Shown here: positions 8,769 through 16,046 of the stretch, piece by piece
Layout: every line of letters starts with the position of its first letter
How positions within the stretch are numbered: the stretch's first letter is position 1
Source of the DNA: Chlamydiia bacterium
GTDB lineage: Bacteria; Chlamydiota; Chlamydiia; Chlamydiales; 2-12-FULL-49-11
NCBI GenBank assembly: GCA_044359535.1
Contig: JBIKLZ010000020.1
Location: forward strand, 1 to 20,840
Direction: 5' to 3'
DNA: 20,840 bases
The notes under the pieces: generated by a model
What the model was told of the DNA's origin: nothing
The model's input: only the letters and a program-made list of their open reading frames with translations
Databases searched by the model: none
Program-made: the position numbers and the translations under genes

Positions 8769-9177
8769 AACTAAATTCACCCCTACTGAAGCTTTCTTTG
8801 CAACGGTCGACGAGAAAGTGCTTTTAGAAACTTTACGTTCTGGGGTATCTGCAGTTCCTGGTGATTCTAAAGAGAAGATGTCTATTCTAGGGAAATCTCT
8901 AATGGAGTTTAAACCGCAAGACTCAGTCGAGGTTATGCTATTTGTTCAAGCTAATGCTCTATTTGCTCAAGGAATGAAGTATTTGGAAAGAGCAGAAAAT
9001 CAAGAGTTTGTTTGCCATGCAGAGCATTATATGAGATTTGCCTTGAAGTTACTGCGGTTGCATAATGAAACAATTGAAGCTATAACCAAACGTAGAGGTG
9101 GTTTTGAGCAAAAAATTACAGTACAGCATGTTCAGGTCAACGAAGGTGGTAAAGCCGCTTTTTTATCAAACAGCTAG
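8737..9177 (+). CDS. Conserved hypothetical protein of the type found upstream of HGGxSTG-domain genes
   Basis: AAGGAG RBS; PQDSVEVML..Q, ALKLLR, EA..KRRGG.EQKITVQHVQVNEGGKA pattern; overlaps primase 3' end by 32 nt. Confidence 0.75.
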   Translation: MKKEISKEAFKTKFTPTEAFFATVDEKVLLETLRSGVSAVPGDSKEKMSILGKSLMEFKPQDSVEVMLFVQANALFAQGMKYLERAENQEFVCHAEHYMRFALKLLRLHNETIEAITKRRGGFEQKITVQHVQVNEGGKAAFLSNS

Positions 9178-9212
9178 TCCAAGGGGGTCTATAAAAAAAG
9201 GAGAGAAAGGCC

Positions 9213-9407
9213 ATGCGTTGTCATGCAAAAAGTAAAAGATCACAGGAGCAGTGTAAAAGCTGGGCAGTAAAAGGAAAAAAAGTCTGTCGTATGCATGGGG
9301 CTTTTTCAGGGGTAAAGCCTAAGCACGGACTTTATACTGCTAAGGCAATTGAAGAAAAGAAAATGGTAAAAGCAATTATTGATTCAGCTAAAAACACTCT
9401 TAGGTAG
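9213..9407 (+). CDS. HGGxSTG-like Cys/His zinc-finger protein (short variant)
   Basis: RCHAKSKRS..QC..AV.GKKVCRMHGA.S then KHGLYT; AAGGAG upstream. Confidence 0.78.
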   Translation: MRCHAKSKRSQEQCKSWAVKGKKVCRMHGAFSGVKPKHGLYTAKAIEEKKMVKAIIDSAKNTLR

Positions 9408-9409
9408 AT

Positions 9410-9619
9410 TTAAATAGAATTTTTTATATTTTGAATTTCTTCTTTTAAAATCCGTAATTTTTCGTTAAATTTTCTCTCCTGCGCTTGAATAAAAGAGAAG
9501 AGCAGTACAAATAAACAAGCAAATGAGTTCCCCTCTACATAGTAAAGAATAATATAGCAAACCTAAAAAAGTAAGGTTGTTTTATCACGCAATATAAAGT
9601 TTTTTATACTTATTTTCAT
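9410..9619 (-). pseudogene. Small two-TM plus coiled-coil membrane protein gene with one in-frame TAG (not in ORF track)
   Basis: Reads MKISIKNFILRDKTTLLF*VCYIILYYVEGNSFACLFVLLFSFIQAQERKFNEKLRILKEEIQNIKNSI; ATG overlaps upstream stop (TAATG); TAG at 9565-9563; final TAA 2 nt from the convergent gene's stop. Confidence 0.55.
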
Positions 9620-10311
9620 TATTCAAAAATTCTTTTTAATTTTTTCCACAAGGATACACGATGACTAGAAGGTTTTTTTATATTTTTTTCGTTAAAATTT
9701 GACAATAATATCTGCCATTCTCTCTCAAATATTTCATAATCCACTTTTGAAATCTTTTTTTCCCAATCATCTATTTGAGAAATCAATGATATTACTAACT
9801 CGTCATCCATTTTTTTTACTTGGGTGGCAAAATTTGAGCTCTTACATAATAATAGTTCAAATTTCTGTGTATCAAAATGGTTATTTAGAGCCCAATCAGC
9901 GTTCATTAACTGAAATTTGTTTAATAAATCAATTCGATGGTCACAAAAACTAATATAAAAATCGCTAACTTTGCAGATTCTAGACATAAATTGACCAGGA
10001 AATTTAGTTTTAGGAAACGTTTTAGTCTGATTTGAAATTTCAACGAACTTATTTCTTATTCTAATTATTTCTGCATGATCAGACTTTTCTATATCTAGAA
10101 GAATAAAAATGTTTCTAGCATTAATAAGTTCATAATTGAGTTTTATTGCCTCTAAAAGCAAAAAACGCTCCCTTGTAACTTTTTTTTTAGCAGACTCATT
10201 ATAAATGATTGCTGTGGACAAAATCGTGCCCAAAAACAAAAAAAGTAGGGCAATAATTAGTTTTGGTTTTTTTCTAAGTCCCTTTAGTAAATCTTTTGCA
10301 TTTTTTATCAT
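9619..10311 (-). CDS. Hypothetical protein with N-terminal transmembrane helix (island cargo)
   Basis: 230 aa; AAAGGA RBS; basic N-terminus followed by LIIALLFLFLGTILSTAIIY. Confidence 0.8.
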   Translation of the reverse strand: MIKNAKDLLKGLRKKPKLIIALLFLFLGTILSTAIIYNESAKKKVTRERFLLLEAIKLNYELINARNIFILLDIEKSDHAEIIRIRNKFVEISNQTKTFPKTKFPGQFMSRICKVSDFYISFCDHRIDLLNKFQLMNADWALNNHFDTQKFELLLCKSSNFATQVKKMDDELVISLISQIDDWEKKISKVDYEIFEREWQILLSNFNEKNIKKPSSHRVSLWKKLKRIFE

Positions 10312-10394
10312 TATTCAAAAATTCCTTTAAAAATTCAGAGAAAGCATACCATAACAACCGCTAAACCTTCAAGCTATTAAATTGTCATAATAGT

Positions 10395-10423
10395 TTGACT
10401 TTTTCTTTATATTAAACTAAAAT
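10395..10423 (+). promoter_or_regulatory. Sigma70-type promoter for the RHH-like gene
   Basis: TTGACT (10395-10400), 17-nt spacer, TAAAAT (10418-10423). Confidence 0.6.
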
Positions 10424-10452
10424 TGTTTTCTTATTATAATATTAGGTATCTA

Positions 10453-10641
10453 ATGGAAAAGACCCAGACTCAAAAAAAGTTTAAAACAACTGTTTACATG
10501 ACCCAAGAAGAAGAAACACTATTAAATGAGTTGTTTATTAAAAGGATTAGAGATCGAAATAAAACAGACAAATCAGCATTGTTATGCGAGGGTATAAAGC
10601 TTCTTTTTGAGAAAGAAATAGGGGTTTTGCAAGACACCTAA
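10453..10641 (+). CDS. Small ribbon-helix-helix-like DNA-binding protein (62 aa; start revised to ATG 10453)
   Basis: KTTVYM alternating strand, helix EEETLLNELF, helix KSALLCEGIKLL; the track's TTG start at 10423 overlaps the predicted -10 box. Confidence 0.65.
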   Translation: MEKTQTQKKFKTTVYMTQEEETLLNELFIKRIRDRNKTDKSALLCEGIKLLFEKEIGVLQDT

Positions 10642-10757
10642 AAACTTTGCTCCAATATAAAATCGAAAAGAATTTATACCGTTTGCTGATTAGATAGATT
10701 TTTAAACCTTATAAAATGCTTTGCTATTTACAAAAGACAGGAAGAATAGATTTCCTC

Positions 10758-10795
10758 TGCATTAAGCGGTGCAAAAATGGTGCAATGCACTTGCA
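10758..10795 (+). promoter_or_regulatory. Putative integrase arm-type binding sites, right end
   Basis: GGTGCA at 10768-10773 and 10779-10784; TGCA cores at 10758, 10770, 10781, 10792 (12/11/11-bp spacing). Confidence 0.65.
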
Positions 10796-10903
10796 AAACA
10801 ACGAGTTTTATTCAGCAAGATCAAGTTGCGTTTTTTACAAGAATCCTTTACTATACTATCTAATAAGGTTGGGTGGTGCTGGTAAGAGGGGAAAACCTCC
10901 TCC

Positions 10904-10946
10904 ATCATAATCCGCAGGTCACTGGTTCAAGTCCGGTAGCCGCTAT
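10904..10946 (+). repeat. attR core (displaced tRNA 3' fragment)
   Basis: 43/43 identity to 2352-2394; no tRNA 5' half upstream. Confidence 0.96.
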
Positions 10947-10971
10947 CTTTCTAATTGCTCTATTTATTAGA

Positions 10972-10990
10972 TCTCTTTTCAAAAAAGAGA
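10972..10990. terminator. Hairpin just outside attR, possibly the tRNA's original terminator
   Basis: TCTCTTTT / AAAAGAGA 8-bp stem, 3-nt loop; AT-rich and no clear T tail. Confidence 0.3.
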
Positions 10991-10991
10991 G

Positions 10992-11020
10992 TTGCGTAAT
11001 AGCCTTTTTTCTATTATGAT
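10992..11020 (+). promoter_or_regulatory. Sigma70-type promoter
   Basis: TTGCGT (10992-10997), 17 nt, TATGAT (11015-11020), upstream of 11046. Confidence 0.5.
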
Positions 11021-11045
11021 TTTCTAGCTTAAAAAGGATTTAAAT

Positions 11046-11396
11046 ATGAAAGTAGTCACTACGCTGATTTGTTTTTTGTCAATTTTTGGCTTAACAGAAG
11101 TGTATTCAGCATCCATTAAAAATAAAACCCCTGGTACAGAAGTCTTAATGCATTACATTGAGGTAAGACAGCAGTGTAAATTCATTAGAGACCAAGCTCT
11201 TGAATTGGACGCTGCTGGTTTTTATGTAGATATAAACACCTCTTACGAAGACCAAGTTATCCTTTCAATTCAAAATGGGTTGAAAGGATGGACTTCAAAT
11301 GTCGCAAATAAAATGCTTTTTGATCTAAATAGACACTTGGAAAATACCCCTGGGATAATAGGGTTTAATGCGTGGTGTAAAAAGTACGACATATAA
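11046..11396 (+). CDS. Hypothetical exported protein (116 aa)
   Basis: AAAGGA RBS; signal-peptide-like MKVVTTLICFLSIFGLTEVYSA. Confidence 0.75.
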   Translation: MKVVTTLICFLSIFGLTEVYSASIKNKTPGTEVLMHYIEVRQQCKFIRDQALELDAAGFYVDINTSYEDQVILSIQNGLKGWTSNVANKMLFDLNRHLENTPGIIGFNAWCKKYDI

Positions 11397-11585
11397 AAGG
11401 ATTGAAGGACAGGTTAATATTAAATTCCACATGGGCGAGTAAACAGCAGATTGCTTTAGCTCATGGATGCTTAATCCTCAAAATCGGTAAAAAAAATTCG
11501 ACAAGAAAAAGTGTTTTAAAAAGGAAAGGATGCTATTTATATTGACCTTCCGGCAATATAAGTAACTCATCTTACGCAGAGCTAG

Positions 11586-11990
11586 ATCAATCAAGTAAAA
11601 TTTCTTAATACTTTTCCTGAAGCTCCTTCTATCCCCTGTAGTCCTCTTTCTAGCCCTCCTCGATCTTGCAGCGGATCTAGAGATTCTGATGATGGGAGTG
11701 CTCCTCCTCCTGCATCTAAGACTCTTATCTTGTCCCGCAGACAATCTATAGTTGAGGCTTCTCATGAAGAAGAAATAATAGATTCAGCAGCTTATGACAG
11801 ATTAGAACAACACTTTGAAAGTGATGTCGGTAGGGATAATTTAGATGGCGCTGAAACTCCTGCTACTCCTAGAACCTCTGATCATAGTTGCCCCCCTCCT
11901 CCTCCTCGTGGTGTTCGTCCCACTGGTAGACTTCAAAAAGAAGAGCTTAGTATTCCTCTTAACAACGCTATTCCTGATTTGAATAAATAG
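11586..11990 (+). pseudogene. Ser/Pro-rich disordered ORF with disrupted 5' end
   Basis: The 11730-11990 frame is open back to 11586 (…FPEAPSIPCSPLSSPPRSCSGSRDSDDGSAPPPASK…) with the same CCT/TCT codon bias but no in-frame start before 11730. Confidence 0.5.
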
Positions 11991-12002
11991 GACTAATTTC
12001 TA

Positions 12003-12040
12003 TAACCTGAGCCTTGGTTTAAAACCCAAAGCTCAGGTTA
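12003..12040. terminator. Strong hairpin after the Ser/Pro-rich ORF
   Basis: TAACCTGAGC (12003-12012) / GCTCAGGTTA (12031-12040) perfect 10-bp stem plus TTGG/CCAA inner pairing. Confidence 0.6.
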
Positions 12041-12204
12041 AAAATGATTTTAGATTTTAAGTGTATAGAGGAGAGTCTAATAAATGGAAGTCGAATTCTC
12101 TGCCTAACTCATTATTTTATTCTGACTGTGAGAATAAACTTAGTATTGGGTTCAGATCTATATATGAGAACTTTAAGACCTCTTTAAAAACTCAAAAGAA
12201 AAGG

Positions 12205-12234
12205 TTGAAGAAAATCAAAAAAGAGTGTTATAGT
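12205..12234 (+). promoter_or_regulatory. Sigma70-type promoter with extended -10
   Basis: TTGAAG (12205-12210), 18 nt, TGn-TATAGT (12229-12234), upstream of 12322. Confidence 0.5.
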
Positions 12235-12321
12235 TTATGTAATTATATAATAGATAAGGCCTTTTCAGTCTTAAAATTAGATTAATAATGAATTTTAAAT
12301 ATATAAAAAGGAATTATAAAA

Positions 12322-13425
12322 ATGATTGGATATGTTGATAATAAAGAAGTTGCGGTAAGAGAACTTAAAACAGCTTATTCTACTCAAATAAGGAGTGAAG
12401 GGGAGCAACCTTTACTACATCAAGAAGTTACCACAGTACAACAAAGAACTCAACCCTATTTTGCAGTTCGTGCAAATAACCCTCTAAATTCTACTCATTC
12501 TATTAGTTTTCCCTCATCTCTCCCAGAGCCTGCTGCTACTCCTGCTGGTAGTTCTGCCACATCTAGCGCAGGTATTATAGACCCTGCTGCTCCTGCTGCT
12601 CCTGCTGCTCCTGCTGCTCCTGCTGCTCCTGCTACTTCACGATTTGAGAGAGAACTATCTGATTGGTGGCTTCCATGCCTTGGGAGAGCTCGTGAGTTTT
12701 GCAAATTCATAGCTTCCGTAGAAAGTACTATACCACAATGGATCCTTGATCAAAGCCCCACTGAAGTAAAACCTGATTTAAAAAAACTATTCAATGAGGT
12801 GCCCCTTGTGGCTCGTCCAGAGTTTGCAAAACACTTTAGCGAGGTAATTTCTCCATGCACAATCCAAATTGCATATGCTTTTCCAAAGGAAGATACTTTC
12901 ACAGAAATAATGAAATTTTTAAAACATATTAATTCAAATACTATTGTGGAAGTAGGTTGTGGATCAGGTTTTTGGCTGAAATTAATGCAAAATGCTGGAT
13001 TAAGTTGCCAAGGGCACGAACTTAAATCTATGAGAGAGAAGTGGGCGTTTCCCGAATGTTATATTGACGATCAATATATTACATACCACATTGATGAAAA
13101 TGATCAAGAATATTTAAAAGAAGCAGGTGCTGCTGGAAAAACTTTATTTTTATGTTATCCTGAAAGTGAAGATATGCATAAAAATATGGTCGCCTATAAT
13201 AGCGCTAAGGTGTATTTGGACGCTTGTAAAAATGCAGGTAAAACAGCCTCTATAATATATATAGGCGGCTACTACGATCGCGATCATTCCGTTACCGCTG
13301 GTAAGAAATTTGAAGAACTTCTGCATAGCGCATTTAAGCAGTTTGGAAATAAAATTCTCTTATATGCTCCCCGCGAACGAGCACCTGACTCTTACATACA
13401 TTTTTATGTAGCGCGATCTGTTTAA
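12322..13425 (+). CDS. Class I SAM-dependent methyltransferase-like protein with low-complexity N-terminal extension
   Basis: YAFP, IVEVGCGSGFW (motif I), TLFLCYP, IIYIGG; first ~105 aa are Ser/Thr/Pro/Ala/Gln-rich. Confidence 0.78.
   Translation: MIGYVDNKEVAVRELKTAYSTQIRSEGEQPLLHQEVTTVQQRTQPYFAVRANNPLNSTHSISFPSSLPEPAATPAGSSATSSAGIIDPAAPAAPAAPAAPAAPATSRFERELSDWWLPCLGRAREFCKFIASVESTIPQWILDQSPTEVKPDLKKLFNEVPLVARPEFAKHFSEVISPCTIQIAYAFPKEDTFTEIMKFLKHINSNTIVEVGCGSGFWLKLMQNAGLSCQGHELKSMREKWAFPECYIDDQYITYHIDENDQEYLKEAGAAGKTLFLCYPESEDMHKNMVAYNSAKVYLDACKNAGKTASIIYIGGYYDRDHSVTAGKKFEELLHSAFKQFGNKILLYAPRERAPDSYIHFYVARSV
12583..12636 (+). repeat. In-frame 9-bp tandem repeat (CCTGCTGCT)x5 + CCTGCTACT
   Basis: Directly visible; encodes (PAA)5-PAT. 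Confidence 0.95.
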
Positions 13426-13500
13426 AACTGAAGTGCAATAAGTAAATTAAAAAATAGTTTGTTATATTCTTAAATTCAGATATTTAAAAAAATTATACAA

Positions 13501-13529
13501 TTGATTTTTAAGATTTTTTATCTTATAAT
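13501..13529 (+). promoter_or_regulatory. Sigma70-type promoter
   Basis: TTGATT (13501-13506), 17 nt, TATAAT (13524-13529), upstream of 13569. Confidence 0.55.
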
Positions 13530-13568
13530 AAATGTAAAAAAAATTTTAAATATTTATTATGGAGAATT

Positions 13569-14504
13569 ATGCAACCTGTTTCAAATTTAGGGAAACCTAA
13601 TTTAGCTCTAGAAAAAAGTGGAGAAGAATACTATGAAGAAGGTCAACAACTTGATCGAAATCAAGAGTTTGAAAAAGCAACAGATGCCTATGAAAAGGCG
13701 GTAAACTTAGGGCATGTACCCGCAGCTATGATCTTAGCTAAATCCTATCTATTTGATGAAGAAGGTAAAGAGAAAAAAGTTATAGAATATGCTACACATG
13801 GACTTGAAAAGACAGGAGGCGAAGCAGAGTATTTGATAGGAAGGGCTTATTTTCGAACGGGAAAAGAGCGTTTAAAAGAAGCTCAAGGCTTTTTTGAAGC
13901 CTCTTTCAACCAAGATTATGAAAAAAGTGAGTATTTTTTAGCCCTTATTTATTTAGAATCCCCTATGCGCTATGAAGAGGGGTTTTCTATCCTTTTAAAA
14001 CTTGCTGAAGACAACCACCTTACTGCCCAATCTGAAATAGCAAAAATATATCAAAAAAAAGGTTCTGAAAAGGATTTAATTGAAGCAAGAAGATGGTTTG
14101 AAAGAGCATGTCGCAATCCAAAATGTCTTCCTTCAAATAAATATTATTTGGCAAAAATGTACCTAAAGGGAGAGGGGGGGGAGCAAAGAACCGATCAAGG
14201 ATTAGAATTATTAAAAAGTAACAAGGATGCTGATTCATACGCTTTACTTTCTTTTGCCTATTTAAAAGGTGACTATGGAGTAGAAAGAAATACAAAGATC
14301 TTTTGTGAGTACTTGGAAAAAGCCTACAATTTAGGAAATCAGTGGGCTATTCAAACGTATGCCCATTTTTGTGAAAAAGGGTTAGAGGGAGTCATTGATA
14401 AAAACCTAGCAAAAGCGCTAGAAATTTATAAATGGCAAGCTGCATTAGGTAAACAGTGGGCTAAAGAAGGTTTAGAAAAAATCAACTCTCAAAGTGAAGA
14501 TTAA
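13569..14504 (+). CDS. Sel1-like repeat (TPR) protein
   Basis: Repeats such as YEKAVNLGHVPA, ARRWFERA, YYLAKMYLKGEGGEQ, YLEKAYNLGNQWA, AALGKQWA; GGAG RBS. Confidence 0.9.
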   Translation: MQPVSNLGKPNLALEKSGEEYYEEGQQLDRNQEFEKATDAYEKAVNLGHVPAAMILAKSYLFDEEGKEKKVIEYATHGLEKTGGEAEYLIGRAYFRTGKERLKEAQGFFEASFNQDYEKSEYFLALIYLESPMRYEEGFSILLKLAEDNHLTAQSEIAKIYQKKGSEKDLIEARRWFERACRNPKCLPSNKYYLAKMYLKGEGGEQRTDQGLELLKSNKDADSYALLSFAYLKGDYGVERNTKIFCEYLEKAYNLGNQWAIQTYAHFCEKGLEGVIDKNLAKALEIYKWQAALGKQWAKEGLEKINSQSED

Positions 14505-14575
14505 ATTTTATTTGAAATATAATTCAGACAGTGGGATAACAAGTTTAATCTAGAAAAAGAATAAAAGGGTTCATT

Positions 14576-15391
14576 TTGCTGTTATCTTTACTGTTGTCTC
14601 TTATTCAAAGAAAAAAGCATCTTTTTATTGGGAGCTTTTTGGTATTGGTTGCTTCGAATTTTTTTCTCTTTCAATCAGAAATTAAAAAAGAGCTTTTTCT
14701 TAAAAAATACACCTCTTTACTACCTAGCTATTCAAATCAGGATATTTTTGTTCTTTCTAAAGAAAACAGTGACATATTGCACCCAAAACCCTTTTCTTTT
14801 CCTTATGTAAGCAATATACAATCACATGAGGATGTTTTAGGGGTTACAGCCCTTGCTTCAGAAGGTGAAGAATTTTATAAAACCTATCAAGATCCACAGC
14901 TTCTTGTTGTCTCTTTAAAAAAGGGTGCCTCTACAAAAAAATGGATGGATACTTTTGATGCCAATCCTGATTATGTAGCCCTCAGCCCTGGGCAATATAA
15001 AGTGTTATACAAAAGAGCCCTTTTGTCAACAAATGAAAGCCTTTATTTGTATAGTTCGTTACTTTCAACCCTTTCTTTATTTTCATTTATCGCCCTTGTC
15101 TTTTCTACCTCACTTTTTCCTATAATTCTTCAAAAGGAGGTTAAAACCCTTTTGCTTGAGGGCGCGGGGGCTTTAAACCTACTTTTTTCAACAACAGCAG
15201 CCTTTAGTGTGATTGTTTCGATGATTTCAATTGGGGTGGCTTTTTGTAACTGGACTCAAGGGTATCTATTTGAGATTATTGGACCCCTACTTTTGCATAT
15301 CTTGACTGCCGAAATGTTGACAGTGTTTTTGATCAGTGCAGGGATTGTTTTAATTGCAAGGAGTTGTTTTGGCAAATATAGAATTCAATAA
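14576..15391 (+). CDS. FtsX/DevC-like ABC permease, short and divergent
   Basis: One N-terminal TM, soluble domain, three C-terminal TMs with QKEVKTLLLEGA loop; overlaps the ABC ATPase-like gene. Confidence 0.65.
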   Translation: MLLSLLLSLIQRKKHLFIGSFLVLVASNFFLFQSEIKKELFLKKYTSLLPSYSNQDIFVLSKENSDILHPKPFSFPYVSNIQSHEDVLGVTALASEGEEFYKTYQDPQLLVVSLKKGASTKKWMDTFDANPDYVALSPGQYKVLYKRALLSTNESLYLYSSLLSTLSLFSFIALVFSTSLFPIILQKEVKTLLLEGAGALNLLFSTTAAFSVIVSMISIGVAFCNWTQGYLFEIIGPLLLHILTAEMLTVFLISAGIVLIARSCFGKYRIQ

Positions 15392-16037
15392 CGTTTCTTA
15401 TGAAGAGAAAGGAACTGTTTTTTTAAATAACATCTCCCTTAATATCGATCAAGGGGAGTTGTTTATGATTAGAAGTTCTGATCTGAAAGAGGCAACATCT
15501 TTACTTTATCTTATTCACGATTTAATTAGACCCTCAAGTGGAGAGGTTAAGATCTCTTTTGAAGACAATTTAGGGTGGGTGGGGTCAAATTGTATCCCAA
15601 TGATTTCTGAATGTACAGTTAAAGAGGCTTTAAGCCTCCCTCTTTTATGTAAAAAGATTTCAAAAAAGGAAATCGAAGAAAAAATAGAAGAGGTCTCTTT
15701 ATATTTTTCAATCGATCCACTCTTAAAAAAACGGGTTAAGCAATTAACCCCAGCTGAATACGCCCTTGTGGCCGTTTCTAAGGCTATTATTGGTGAACCT
15801 TCATTAGTATTGCTACAGCCGTTTTCCCATCTATTGGATCATAAAATAGCTGTCCTTATCATGACGTACCTTCATGAAATCTCTGTAGATTATAAAGTCA
15901 CTGTAGTTATGGTTGAAAACGATACACGATTACACCCTTTTGCAGGAAAGATCTTACACCTTGAAAAAGGGGCGATTAAAGATCTACTTGGAGAGGGAAT
16001 AGATCTTCAAAAGCTTATGCCTTTTTTAAAAATATAG
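15369..16037 (+). CDS. ABC ATP-binding-like protein (LolD/FtsE/DevA-like) with degenerate catalytic motifs; start revised to TTG 15369
   Basis: IEFNNVSY, LNNISLNIDQGE, PSSGEV, TVKEAL, KAIIGEPSLVLL scaffold; AAGGAG at 15358-15363; Walker A/B, signature and H-switch altered. Confidence 0.85.
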   Translation: MANIEFNNVSYEEKGTVFLNNISLNIDQGELFMIRSSDLKEATSLLYLIHDLIRPSSGEVKISFEDNLGWVGSNCIPMISECTVKEALSLPLLCKKISKKEIEEKIEEVSLYFSIDPLLKKRVKQLTPAEYALVAVSKAIIGEPSLVLLQPFSHLLDHKIAVLIMTYLHEISVDYKVTVVMVENDTRLHPFAGKILHLEKGAIKDLLGEGIDLQKLMPFLKI

Positions 16038-16046
16038 GGGCTTTTA

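Larger units (their letters stand above)
2352..10946. mobile_element. tRNA-integrated genomic island, PICI/phage-satellite-like (8,552 bp att to att)
   Basis: 43-bp perfect direct repeats at both ends duplicating the tRNA 3' half; integrase next to attL; Xis-like, helicase, origin and primase inside; no recognisable structural or conjugation genes. Confidence 0.93.

Noticed and set aside
9699-9953. 84-aa plus-strand ORF
   Set aside because: Lies wholly antisense within the 230-aa gene.
10716-10910. 64-aa ORF
   Set aside because: Overlaps the arm-type repeats and ends inside attR; no RBS; better explained as att DNA.
10904-10946. Third tRNA gene
   Set aside because: Only the 3' half is present; it is attR.
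11478-11765. 95-aa Arg-rich minus-strand ORF
   Set aside because: Arg runs are the reverse complement of CCT/TCT codons in the plus-strand ORF.
12061-12285. 74-aa ORF
   Set aside because: No RBS, AT-rich, and contains the predicted promoter of the next gene.
12495-12710. 71-aa minus-strand ORF with GAA repeats
   Set aside because: Mirror of the PAA tandem repeat.
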